Shown here piece after piece: positions 1 through 12,605 of a DNA stretch of 64,000 bases. Each line of letters opens with the position of its first letter. Positions within the stretch are counted from its first letter, which is position 1. The stretch covers positions 59,160,464-59,224,463 of the forward strand of contig NC_043011.1 of assembly GCF_006345805.1 (NCBI RefSeq), in the 5' to 3' direction. Below the pieces are notes generated by a model, which made no database searches, was not told the origin of the DNA, and saw only the letters and a program-made list of their open reading frames with translations. Made by a program: the position numbers and the translations under genes. This stretch comes from Octopus sinensis (Eukaryota).

Positions 1-2
1 AT

Positions 3-458
3 ATGAAGAAGATGATGAAGAAGAAGAAGGAGAAGAAGAAGAAGAAGAAGAAGGAGAAGAAGAAGAAGAAGAAGAAGAAGAAGAAGGGAGAAGAAGACGA
101 AGAAGAAGAAGGAAGAAGAAGACGAAGAAGAAGAAGGAAAAGAAGAAGAAGAAGAAGAAGGGAGAAGAAGAAGGGAGAAGAAGAAGGGAGAAGAAGAAGA
201 AGAAGAAGAAGAAGGAGAAGAGGAACGAGAAGGAAGAAGTAGAAGAAGAAGGAGAGAAGAAAAAGAAGAAGAAGAAGAAGGGAGAAGTAGAAGAAGGGAG
301 AAGAAGGAGAAGAGGAAGGAGAAGAAGAAGGAGAAGAGGAAGGAGAAGGGAGGAGTAGAAGAAGAAGGAGAAGAAGAAGAAGAAGAAGAGAAGAAAAAGA
401 AGAAGAAGAAAAGAAGAAGAAGAAGAAGAAGAAGAAGAAGAAGAAGAAGAAGAAGAAG
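3..458. repeat. (GAA)n-rich polypurine microsatellite
   Basis: Continuous GAA/AGA/GGA triplets; produces the poly-K/E/R ORF 3..242. Confidence 0.97.
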
Positions 459-1476
459 GGCGTCGAACCCAAGAACACTGGTTAGTTTCATTATTGACTC
501 GGGAGTTTGAAAAAAACCCACATATGCTGACAATCTGATTCTTTTCTGTGAATCCGCAGCTCTTTTAATGGTGCATTGTGGAAAGACGTTTGCAAGAAGT
601 TGAAGAATATGCTTGGCTTTACCTGCAGGTATTGCAACACCTACGATGCTAGAAAACCAGTTGTTCTAGAAAACTTCTGCTTCTATTGTATTTGATAAAA
701 ATAGCTTGTTTGGTCATCTTCCTGTTCATTATCTCATTGCAGTCATGTGGTATGTCATATGAGATTAAAAGCGTTAACACCTGATAAACTAAACCGTTGC
801 AGTTAATCCATTTTACAACTTTTCTTCGTAGCTTAAACAGAATAAGCAATAAATGTATATCCCCAGGGATTAACATGGCCGATCTAAATAGAATTACTAT
901 TTGAAAACATACGAAAGACGACCCAAACGACACTCATTTTAATGGAATATCTATAGTTTATACATAAGTTTACACTAAGCGAAGTCTGTATCAAAAATCC
1001 ATTACGAAGTAATATCCATGAATGCATAATTTCCATGATAACAGAACATCTATTACAAAAACATTTGGAAATAATATTCTATTTTATTGATTAGTTGTTA
1101 GAGATAAACGGTCAACTAACAGTGGAGTTCCTTGTCTTTTTGTGTGCTGCTCTACCTTTCTGCATTTTCAAAGTTCTGAATGTATGTGATCGAATATTTA
1201 CGGCCAACCCCTTGATGTAGCAGTAAAAACAGAAATGCAGCTCTCAGACGTCCGGTGGGTTAACGCTTGTTCGCGTTCATCCAGTCATTGTATTTTCTAT
1301 TTTGTTATGATATGAAGCCCAGTCTCCTAAGACACACACGACTAAAACATTTACTATTTATTGCTAGTTTGAAACATATTAGAAAATACATTATGGCTAT
1401 TGAACAGCTTCACAGACGAAGACAGAAAAAAAACTCTTGTGACTCATAATGTCCTCAGACAGTATTATTCCGTAAA

Positions 1477-1709
1477 GGCGGTGAGCTGGTAGAAACGTTA
1501 GCACGACGGGCGAAATACGTAGCTGTATTGGGTCTGCCGTTACGTTCTGAGTTCGAATTTCGCCGATGTCGACTTTGCCTTTCATCCTTTCGGGGTCGAT
1601 AAATTAAGTACCAACTACGCACTGAGGTCGATGTAATCGACTTAATCCGTTTCTCTGTCCTTGTTTGTCCTCTCTGTGTTTAGCCCCTTGTGGGTAGTAA
1701 AGAAATAGG
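1477..1709 (+). mobile_element. tRNA-derived SINE family A, long-tail subtype
   Basis: ggcggtgagctgg head, B-box-like gagttcgaattt, core ctttcatcctttcggggtcgataaattaagtacca, tail gtagtaaagaaatagg; at least 8 homologous copies in the window. Confidence 0.9.
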
Positions 1710-3839
1710 AATTATTCCTCAAAGAAATTTTTTCTAGTGCTGAATAGAAGTATATGTACGCGAGACTTCGTTGTGAATCTTAGAATGAAAGAATGAAAAA
1801 ATATATATATTTAAGTTTTGATATTGCTTTCTAGCATAGTTTTCCAAAAATATTAAGTTAAATTACTCTTCCCATTAATTACAAATTGAATTACATGCTT
1901 AGTGCTACCGTAGCCATAATTTTCTTTTTATTAGTTCGACAACTCTTGTTTAACGTTCCAGCCGATATTTCTGTTATATTTTTAATAACATAAGTTCTAG
2001 AGTAACCTTGCACAGACGTGTGAAATTGCCTACATAATCAAATCACACAATAATGTTTTTGTTTTTTATCGTTAGAACAGCGGACAATGACTTATAGAAT
2101 CTGGTTTTGGCCATTTAATTTCTAGAGCTCAAATGCGATTGGGAACAATTTTAATTTAATGCAGGGGCTTCGTAAATATTGCGTGTCGAAATATTCCTTA
2201 ACACTGAGCTTTTACTGGAGCGTGCGGATGGATTCCATTTATCTATCTGTTTTCTATGGTCTATCAATTTCGTTAATTTCTTGTAGGACCAGCTCAGAAG
2301 TTCAAATAAAATCTTTAACGGAGATAATGGACCGTGCCTGATTAGCTTGCAGTAAACTGAAAGTGCGTGCGATCGTATGTTCCTTATTCCGTTGAGATGT
2401 GAATTTCTTGAAATCTCCTTAGTAATGATACTATTATGTCCGACACTCTCAACTTGCTCAGGATATTATTAATTGCCTTTGGATTGTACGGGCAAGATAT
2501 TCATCTAGAATTTGGAGGTACGATATATGTTTGTCATATCCAGCCATCAAATATATCCATTTGAACGCATGGAATTTCATTCCGATCTGCCTTGAAATTC
2601 AGGTAATATTATCAATTTGGTTTTCGATGTGGCTAATATTCGTTTTATACACCTTCAGGTTCCTACAAAGCAAACGTTTGAGATGTTCAGACTACTTCTA
2701 TAATAATGTATGTGCGTGTATGAGCTATATGTCTATACCCTCTCGCACGAATGAATCCTAATTATATTTCTTTTAAGATGTTTAAACACAAAAATTGTTT
2801 ATCTTTTTTAGTGGAATTTGCTATAAAGCTCCAAACCAAATAAATTCATACTACAGCTTAAAAACATTTTGCATAACTTCATTGATTTGCATTTAGTGTG
2901 AATTTATATCATACTAAAGATCCCAAGGATATAAAGTGTTTTATAAAGTGACTGCTTAGCTATTTCGCCTTTCATTAAATCAAAATATATGTGCACTGTT
3001 AGGAATCTCATGGACATTGATATTTTTTTAGACTATCAAAATACCTTACAGGTAGTAGTTTATCTCTCTTTCGAAACATCTTTTACTTTAGAATTATTCC
3101 TTTTGCATTCAACACGTAGAAAGTTTTAATCATCTCTTGTTATTGCGATTTATAGTTTGTTGAAACTTAAATAGCTTTTTATACGTAGTCATTAGCTTAT
3201 ACTAGATTATCCAGGGTGTCCAAAACGTTTCTCCGTAGTGAATTTGTTTCTCCAAGATGTATTTCAAAATATGTATAGAAGAGTCAACTTATGTACTGAA
3301 AATGAAGGACGACACTTTCAGCACCTCTTATAAACTTTGTTAAAGTTTTGTAAAGTCTAGAATATTCTTTTGTAGTCTTATACCATCTTATAAGTATTTT
3401 TCTGCAATAAAATAGTTACTGCAGAACACACGATCACTTTTTAAAGTGTTATTTACAAATTAACCAAAATATGTTTACATGTGCATGCATGTCTTTGTAT
3501 AGGTTTGTGTGTGTGTGTGTGTGTTTGTGTATGTGACTGTGTGTGTGTGTGTATTTGTGTATGTGACTGTGTGCGTGGGTGTGTACACGCGCGCTTGTGA
3601 TATTGAAAGTAATTTTCTGCGAGTGCGTCGTGTCGGTGGAAAAAGAGAAATTGATAAATAACTGGGCCTTCAAATGATTCCAGTTTCAGAGACTTTCGTG
3701 TGTTTATTATTAAATATTTAAAATGCATGACAAATTTATAACAAATAGCGCGGGTTTAGCCGTCTGCTTCAATGTCTTGCTTTTCAGCCATGAGCTGTCT
3801 GGTTCGGTCTCACAACTCGCCACTTCGGCATGTGACTTT

Positions 3840-4175
3840 TACGACAGGAACACATTTTTAGTGTATTGGGAATGAGAAACTGTGCGGAAACGCGTCGTAT
3901 GAATGTGTGTGTGTGTATCTGTGTGTGGGGGTGTGCATGTGTGTGTGTGTGCATGTGTGTGTGTGTGTGTGTGTGTGTGTATGCATTTGCGTCCCCCACC
4001 ACGGCTTGAGAGCAGGTGTCGGTTATTTACGTAACTTAGAATTTCGGCGAAAATGAACGACTGAAGAAGTACTAAAATTAAAAATAAATTCTGATGGTTC
4101 ATTTATTCAATGAAACCCTTGACGGCAATGCCCTAGCATGGCCGGCGATTATAGATTTAAACAAGTAGAATATAA
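3840..4175 (+). mobile_element. Degenerate SINE family B remnant with internal (TG)n
   Basis: Internal (TG)n followed by a tail resembling ...ccctagcatggcc...aaacaagtagaa of family B. Confidence 0.5.
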
Positions 4176-4788
4176 GCAGTAAAAGATAAAGCTAGAACAA
4201 GATTTGACGGTAAAGAACCATAATTTTTATGACTTTGATCATTTTTGGAAACTCTGGCCCGACCTGTTGTTTTCTGATTTCACTTTCCACCACGAACAAC
4301 TTTGATATTCAACTCTCTGTGATCGATAAAATATGTACCTGTCAAATAGCGGTATCGATCTAATATATGACTCACTTATCTCCGAATCTGTGACCCTGGC
4401 CTTACATAGAAATCATAACTTTCCTAGCTGTAAATGCGTTATGCTTTTACAAGTAGTAATTCATTTATTGCTTTTGTGTATTCCAGATATGGTAATAAAT
4501 TTTTAATGATCTAACTGAAAATGTTCTTAACTGGATATGAATTGTCATATAACAAGAGAATAATAGACAGCAGCTACTTAACACATATCCTAACTTATTA
4601 CACTTATTTACGCTTTATGTTTATGCAGTACGAAGAAAATTGAAGAGACGGATTTATTACTTGTGACTATAGTATCTACTTACTAACTGATATCAAATTT
4701 TATCACCTATTTCATTAGCACGATTTGTTGTCTTTCGCAAATTGCATTGATAACAGTTTTATTCGGGCATTCTATCCACTTCTGCTTA

Positions 4789-4790
<2 letters not shown>

Positions 4791-4836
<46 letters not shown>

Positions 4837-4853
4837 CTCTCTCTCTCTATATG

Positions 4854-4946
<93 letters not shown>

Positions 4947-4975
4947 AGAGATATAGATATATATGTATAAATATC

Positions 4976-5018
<43 letters not shown>

Positions 5019-5050
5019 GTATATATATATATATATATATATATGCATAT
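4791..5050. repeat. (TA)n/(TCTA)n compound microsatellite
   Basis: Direct reading. Confidence 0.95.
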
Positions 5051-5721
5051 ATACAGGTGTGTGTATATGTATGTAAATATATGCATGCACACACGTTCAT
5101 ACGTGTGAGTGTACGCCTGTTTGTGTTGGAACTCAACATTCCCGCCATATAGACATTTTGTATGATCTATGGACAGGATTAAATTCGCAGTGAAAGCATA
5201 AGTAGAATTGAGACTAAATTATTTAGTATTTCGTTTCCTGTGTCAACATTCCGACTTCCAGCTTCCGCTGGATGATATCACCTCCTTCATCCATCAAACC
5301 ACATTTGATTAAACATACCTAATCCACGTAATCACTAATAAATATTCCTGTGAAAATACTTTCTCAGTTATTCCTCACAAGAAATTTCAAATCTAAGCAG
5401 TGAGCTTCTCAACACCAGGCCAGTCATAATATTCTGCTTCCATCATGAGCAATCTGAGATTTAGTGAAGGCGATTAGGAAACTTATAGCATTTTGAGAGA
5501 AACTTCAAATGTGTAGCCCATTCGTGCAGAGATGGTTGCGTGGTTAAAAAAACTTGCTTTGACACCACGAGTTCAGTCCCATTTGGTGTCAGCTTCGGTA
5601 AATCTTTTCTATGGTAGACCCTGAGAAAGCAACGAATTATTAGTCAATATGGTAGACGGAAAATGTGTGGAAAGACGTTTGCGTGTGCGCGTTTGTGCAT
5701 GTAAAGTTATGTATGTAAGGT

Positions 5722-5943
5722 GGACTAGATGCTTAGGACTAGATGCTTAAGACTAGATGCTTAGGACTAGATGCTTCGCGGCATTTCGTTCGTCTTCACA
5801 TACTGAGTTCAAATTCTGCTGTGGTCGATTTGTCTTTCATCTTTTCGAGATCGATGAAATAACTACCGGTTAAGCACTGGGGTTTAAATAATTGACTAGG
5901 CTCTTCCTCTCAAATTTTAAGTCTTGTGCCTATAGCAGAAAGG
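5722..5943 (+). mobile_element. SINE family A short-tail subtype preceded by a 4x14-bp tandem repeat
   Basis: (ggactagatgctta)x4 at 5722-5777 runs into gcggcatttcgttcg...gagttcaaattc...tttcatcttttcgagatcgat...ttgtgcctatagcagaaagga. Confidence 0.75.
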
Positions 5944-5981
5944 ATGATGTATGTATGTATATATATTTACGTGTGTATATA

Positions 5982-6216
5982 CAGGGTGGCCTGAAAGTAG
6001 GTTTACAGTTATTCATCTATGTTTTCGCATTCATATATAAATAGTTTAGATCTTAATTATAAAAAAAAAATGAAACACTTATTCTCTGCTAATTTAGTTA
6101 ATTTTGTCATGCTCCCTTCTCAGTTTGTAAGATAAAAATTTTAATGTAATAAGATGTTTTAAACGAATTTTAAATTGCCTTCATGATAAATGTAAACCTA
6201 CGTTTGGGCCATCCTG
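5982..6216. mobile_element. Tc1/mariner-type MITE
   Basis: Terminal inverted repeats cagggtggcctgaaagtaggtttaca versus reverse complement of right end caggatggcccaaacgtaggtttaca; TA on the left side. Confidence 0.75.
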
Positions 6217-6809
6217 TCTGTATATGTATGTATGTTACATCCTTGTGTTTAGAAAAAATTCTGACTGTTACTGGTGAGATTTGAAATCAACTACGGTATC
6301 GTCATCTCGTATGCCTCCAGTAGAGTGGCGAGTTTAATACTGAACATTGTAGAACAACTAGTTAAGTAGCTAATGTAGGAGGGATTAGGATAAACGCAAG
6401 CGTATCATTTGTTTACTCGGTCTGGTTCAGCCTTTTGGTTATTTACACGACTGCATTGGATGTTATGAATGCAATTTGATATTGAAACACGGCAGGCTAC
6501 CAAAGGAGCTGTTTATTGCATTATGCTACAGAGATCACACGCCTTGGGATCTTTTTGCGGTCCAGCATCAAATTGGACTTGGAAAATACAATGCAGAGGT
6601 TGCAATTAACCACAATGGGGTAATGTATATAGGGATAATAATATAAGCGGCAGTTTGTTATAAATCCTCATATGTGTGTATATATATATATATATATTAT
6701 ATATATATATATATATATACTTTGATACTTTGATACTTTGATAGGTTTTGGCCATTATTGGCCCAGGCCATGTCTAACTTAATAGCACCACCTGGTGAAG
6801 TCTTTCAAG

Positions 6810-8267
6810 TCAGAATTTGGGCACTATGGCCCACTCAAGTAGAGAGTTATTGTTTACAGAGACATATCCGGGTGTAGGGGGTTTATCCGGGATTTCTTGA
6901 AGGAATCTGTCCAAAGACTTCTTGAACCCTATAGGGTCAGTTTCTGTTTTAATGTGTTTTGGTGTAATGTTAAAGAGAGCGGGGCCAATTGAGGTGAAAT
7001 AATTGTGCCGTATTGTTGTTATGAGATGAGAGTGCGATTTTTGTTCTGGGCGGATGGCACGGGGCCCAAGCCTTGGATGTACCTTGAAGGTGATGCCAAC
7101 ATCATTTGGGCAATGCTGATGGAATATTTTCCACATCATGCAGATGATGTAGCGCTCACGACGACGTTGGAGAGAATAGAGTTTTAGCTTTTCTAGTCGA
7201 CCCCAATAGTCGAGGCCTGTCATGCCATCTATCTTTTTTGTGATTGCCGTTTGAGGTGCTTCAACTTTTATGATACCTTGTATTGTGTGGGGAGACCACA
7301 GTGGACAACAGTATTCAAGGTGGGGTCGGGCAAAAGTGGAGAAGAGAAGGATAATGGTGTGGATATCTCTCGACTGGAAAGTTCTGAGAATCCAGGAACA
7401 CATTCTGCGGGCCATGTCAACTTTGGTGTTTATATGAGTGGCCCAGCTTATGTTGTCCACAATTACTCCCAAGTCTCTGATGTTGTTGGACGCCGCGAGA
7501 GTTTCACCTGAAGGAAGGGAGTATGGGAGTTTCAGGGCATCCTCTTTTCCAAAGTGGATTAGCTCAAATTTATCCTCGTTCAGCAGCATATTGTTTTTTT
7601 CTGCCCATTGGATAACAGCCAGTAGATCTGACTGAAGGCATGTCCGGTCACTCGCCTCATTTATGACCTTCTGTAGCTTGGAGTCATCTGCAAAGATTTT
7701 TATGTTGCTGTGCTTGATGATGTCATTAATGTCATTAATGTAAATGATGAAAAGAAGTGGGCCCAGCACAGTGCCTTGCGGAACGCCACTACTGACTTTG
7801 GCTGGGCTTGATTTTACCCCTTCAACTACAACATGTTGAGATCTGTCTGTCAGGAAACACTTGATCCATTTCAGTAACTTTCCAGAGACACCAATGTTGG
7901 ATAGTTTTTTCAATAGGATCTTGTGATCGACCCTGTCGAAGGCCTTACTGAAATCAAGGTAGATGACATCGGTGTTGGAGCCCTCTCCCAAAGCTCTCAA
8001 AATGTCCTCAAAGTGATGCAGGAGCTGCGTTAGGCAGTCCCTTCCATTACGGAACCCATGTTGGTTGGAGATCAGCCGTCTGTTGCTTTCCAGAAATTGG
8101 GTTATTCGAGATCTCACCACCCTCTCAAATACCTTGATGATATGAGAGGTGAGTGAGATCGGACGGTAATTCACTGCAAGGGACTTGTTTCCCTTTTTGA
8201 AAACTGGGACAACAGATGGGACAGAAGGTTTTTTGGAATATAGCCAGCATCCAGTGAGTTTCTCCAC
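6810..8267 (-). pseudogene. Reverse transcriptase part of CR1 ORF2 (downstream of a frameshift near 8215-8235)
   Basis: ORF 485 aa with all RT motifs listed above; real frame starts around SVVPVFKKG. Confidence 0.9.
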
Positions 8268-9199
8268 AGATTAGCAAGGGGAGATGCAAGTTGGTGTCGA
8301 CACACCTTCAGGACACAAGCAGGGAACCTATCGGGGCCTACTGCTGAATTGTGTTTTATTTCGTTTATCGCCGCTAAGACATCAGGGGCACTAAACGTTA
8401 TGTCCGATATAGTGTGTTGGGGGTTGACATCACTGATACAGCCCAGATCGGCCATATCAGGATTGCTGAAAACAGAGCAGTATTGTTTCTGCAGTATCTC
8501 GGCCATGGATTTGGCATTATCTTGGAGAGTGCCAGTTTCGTCAATTAGAGGGCCTACAGTGGAGACAGTGACCCTGCGTTTCCTCGCAAAGGAAAAGAAC
8601 ACTTTGGGGTTGAGTTTGATTTTTTCAATGGCCCACTTCTCCTCAGCTGATCTTTGGTTATTGATGAGGGTCTTCATGCATTGTTGGAGGTTATATTTTT
8701 TAGATTCAAGCAGTGCGATAGCCGTCGAATGTGTGTGTTGCTGTTGGCAGTACTTTAGTTTGTTAATTTTTTTGTTTGTTCTTTTTATTTTTCTGATAAT
8801 GGTTTTTCTGTTTTGGGGGATTCTGCACTTTTTGTTCACAGGTCTTGGTGGGGAGTGTTTTGCACATATGTCTGTGACGGTGTCTACAAAGATCTGCCAA
8901 GATGTTTTATGGTTGGTGGAGATGTGTGTATGTGTAAAGGACCAGTCAACATGTGATAGCTCGTTCCTGATTGCATCCCAGTTGGCATTATGGAGATCCA
9001 TGTTGTCAAATGGGTGGGCTGGAGGAAGGTCACTAGGATTAGCTTTCAGCTGGTGGAATTTCATGTTACAGAGAACCATGTCATGGTCTGAAAGAAGGGT
9101 TTTTTCCACTGTAACGTTATGTATAGTGTTAGTGTGGTTACTAAACACTAGGTCCAAAATGTTCTGATGTCTTGTTGGTGCAAGGACAAGTTGGGACAA
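8171..9199 (-). pseudogene. Endonuclease C-terminus/linker part of CR1 ORF2
   Basis: ORF 342 aa: PTRHQNILDLVF, LSDHDMV, K.NPKVFFSF, SAVGPD; overlaps the RT ORF in another frame. Confidence 0.88.
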
Positions 9200-9348
9200 G
9201 AAAAACTCATTCGTAAAGTCGAAAAGTGACTCTGCTGCTTCTTGTCAGCGGTTGAGGCGGGAGTGCTTGGTTTCAAACAGTTTGTAGTCCAGTCAACACA
9301 GGGTAGATTGAAGTCTCCCATCATGAGTATGTTGCTAGAATGGCACTG

Positions 9349-9354
<6 letters not shown>

Positions 9355-9408
<54 letters not shown>

Positions 9409-9480
9409 TATAATCAGAAAGATAAATGCTTATATACATATTTATACACACAGACATACACACACATATATATAATATAT

Positions 9481-9532
<52 letters not shown>

Positions 9533-9610
9533 GTATATGTGTGTATTCTCTCCCACTCTCTCTCTCTCTCACTATATATATATATATATTATACTTATAT
9601 ATATATATTC
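9355..9610. repeat. (TA)n-dominated microsatellite
   Basis: Direct reading. Confidence 0.95.
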
Positions 9611-10358
9611 ATATGCAGGCATTGATGTATGAGTGTATGTATATAATAAGATTTCGCTTAGGCAAACCGATACTAATAACATGGTGTTTGGATTCAGCAC
9701 ACCTTTGCATCAGAATAAGGCGTACGAGGATTACAGAGCGTAATATGGATGAAAGAAAAGACAATGGAACAGAAAATCCATATAAGTGTGTCTTTGTATC
9801 TGCTTTTCTCCTTACCAGCATGTTTGACAATTGGCATTGGTTTGTTTACGTCCTCCTCACGTAACATTTCGTTTAGAGTTCGATAGGTTAAGCATCTGAC
9901 ATTTTAAGAAAACTTAATATCTGGCGTCGACTTCAGTAACTAAAACCTTTCACGGCAGTACTCCAGCATGGCCGCAGTCCAAAGTCTGAAACAAAGAATA
10001 GTTTTGCTTTATCAATGACGCTAAACAATAGATTTTCTATCTTATATTTCAAACGCTCTTGGAATGAATGTTCTTTCTAACACTCATGAAATAAGCATCA
10101 TTAAAATACCTAAATATGTGCTTCAGTCTAACAAAGATTTATCGAAAGTGTACTCAATCATAACTTGGAATGGCATTCAACAATTTTAACGACAACAGCA
10201 CCACGTTTTTCTTTTTTTGGGAATCGAAGAATTCGACTGTTAGTTTTGCTTTTCCATTTTGCTACTTTATACAGAACAATGAACCAAAATGTCAGATTTT
10301 AGAACTGAATTGAGCAAGCCACGATAGAATTTTGGCTTTAGAAAAATACCTTACCGTA

Positions 10359-10392
<34 letters not shown>

Positions 10393-11066
10393 AATACCAA
10401 AAATTCTAACATTCTGTATATTCAGTCAACAAATTTGAAAACGCTTTTTCAGTATAAGTATTTTTTCAATACGCGATATTCTATATTGAATGCGATATAG
10501 AATTCATTGCATGGAAGAAACATGTGACAGCAAATGACATCGAAATAAATGGCATCGTTATGACTATAGTGACATGGTAAATGTTCCCAACATCTTTCTA
10601 TGCCGAAGCAGGGTCATAGCTTTCGTGCTGAAGCTACTAAAATGATCAAAAGCAATAGGTGTATACATATATACACACATACAAAGAGTCACACATATAC
10701 CCTGAGAGGAGGATTAGTATTAATTCTTTTAAACTGGAGTATCACATGCAGGTGAATAAATACCTTTGTAATTTCAAAATCAAAATATTTTATCCTTTAG
10801 AAAATCAGTGTTTAAGGGAGTATATAGTGTATCAGTTTAAGGGCAAAACAGGGGATCGTATGTCTTATTACATAGAATCTTCTATTGCAATTTAAAAGTC
10901 TAGATTATATAATTATTCTCGTTCATTTTTGTGGATGAGAATCTGTAATTCTACGTTTTAGATTTAAAAGACAGGAACATTTACTATGATATAAAATAGT
11001 CCATAGTAAGTTATACAGCATCACACGATACTGGACATTTTGAATGTGATTTTTGCCTCGAGGAAA

Positions 11067-11402
11067 TCTCTCTATATATAAACGGCAAAATGTTTGTCTG
11101 TGTGTGTGTCCTTTATACATATCCACAATTTTTCAGTTAGAGGGCTCGCACTTTCTATGGTCATTCAAAATCGTCCACGGGTGGTCGTTCACATCTTTAG
11201 ATTTCCCCAGTCACTCGGCAAAGCCATTAAAAAATCAAAAATCCAATCGAAATGCCCGAAACGTGATACGCCAATTGAATGCCAGCTTGCTGTATATTAT
11301 TGGTCGGAGATTTGTACAGTACTCGCGTGTATGTGCGCACGCACGCAGCTGTATATGCATGCACTAGCACTATGACCCGGCATTGCCGGGTCATAATGCT
11401 AG
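11067..11402 (+). mobile_element. Non-autonomous canonical Helitron
   Basis: Starts TC (a|TCTCTCTATATATAAAC), GC-rich subterminal hairpin gacccggca-t-tgccgggtc, ends CTAG|t; inserted between A and T with no TSD. Confidence 0.8.
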
Positions 11403-12570
11403 TGTATTATATAATTACTTCTAAATTAGTATTATTAACATTTACAAGTAGTTTTAAATTGAAATGTTCTCTTAAACAAGAAGCATCTAAATATTTGAGT
11501 AGTAAGAAACAAGAGAACTTTTGGAGATTGGTTAAAGCAGGAAGAACAAAATTAAAGAAAAAAAATGAAGAAGTGCTTTCTGGGATGGTCGATTTGGTGA
11601 CAGGTCACAAAAAGGGTCAAACATTTTATCGAAAGGATGAAATTGTTGCGTTTACTTACTGAATAGCTGACAAGATTGTTGGTTAGCTTTTGAGTAGCTG
11701 CTTATGTTTACAATGCGCGAATTTGTTTGGTAAAGTTTTTAAATATGCAGATGTCTTCATGTGTCTGTATTTACGTGTGGGTGCGTTAGTGTGTGTGTTC
11801 GTACGAGTCTGTGGGCGTGTATGTATACGTAGAGTTCTGATGGTTTAAGAGCAGTGATTGTTTGGTTTGTTTCATCAGGAAATTTAATTTGTATAATATA
11901 CATTTCTGACATTTTACAAATATTTGTTTGAAGACAAACTCGACCACTCAGAGCGTAAAGACTCACGAAATCCCAGTAAGTCTTTGTCTGGTGTGCTAAT
12001 GACTCTCCCAGCTCGCCGCCTAAAATTTTTATATGAACATACTACAAAGAATACTATATTGGAGAAACGGGAATTGAATTATATGAAAGCGCAAGGATAC
12101 ATAAACAACAAATCCATGATACTTCTGTTAGTAACATAACTTGTAGCAAACATTTTAAAAACATCTAAAAAAAAATTCAAAATATTACTTTTCTTTAAAA
12201 TATGGACAGACAATGACTATTTTTGGATTTTTTTTTTTTGTTTATCAGTGGCACAAATTATATAGACAACGAGATTTTAACAGAATTTAAAATTACAACC
12301 GTAAAAAGCGAACAAACACCGTAACTACACGCACGGCGACAGAGATTGTAAAAAATCTTTTTTTACTCTCTTCCCTTTTTCTTCTCGCTTTTGTACGTAT
12401 ATTCTATAAAAACAACTCAGTATGACTAAACTTTCACTAATGTACATTTGTCAAGTTCCTCGCCGATTGTTAAGTTCCTGTGTCCGATTAGTATTTGTGA
12501 GGGAAGGTCATCGCAGTCATCTCTAGCCTCTCCCCCCTCTCTCTCTCTGTGTATATATATATATGTGTGT

Positions 12571-12605
<35 letters not shown>

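Larger units (their letters stand above)
6720..9345 (-). mobile_element. CR1-group non-LTR retrotransposon, 5'-truncated, near-intact ORF2 (APE endonuclease C-terminus + reverse transcriptase)
   Basis: APE motifs GDFNLP..DW, PTR..NILDLVF, SDH; RT motifs YRPISLTS, QHGFR, YLDFSKAFD, SGVPQGTVLGPLLF, FADD; 3' tail of 8-bp tandem repeats (tcaaagta)x3 at 6720-6745; flanked by (TA)n on both sides. Confidence 0.95.

Noticed and set aside
560-628. Plus-strand 69-nt exon candidate SFNGALWKDVCKKLKNMLGFTC, and others at 2287, 2461, 27647, 31981, 45467, 49745
   Set aside because: Splice-like signals and short open frames occur on both strands at chance frequency in AT-rich DNA; no consistent phase chain or recognisable protein.
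8349-9167. 272-aa plus-strand ORF (and 7005, 7251, 7438)
   Set aside because: Antisense shadows of the CR1 ORF2.
11279-11662. 127-aa ORF as a transposase or host gene
   Set aside because: First third runs through the Helitron terminus; the rest has no recognisable motif.
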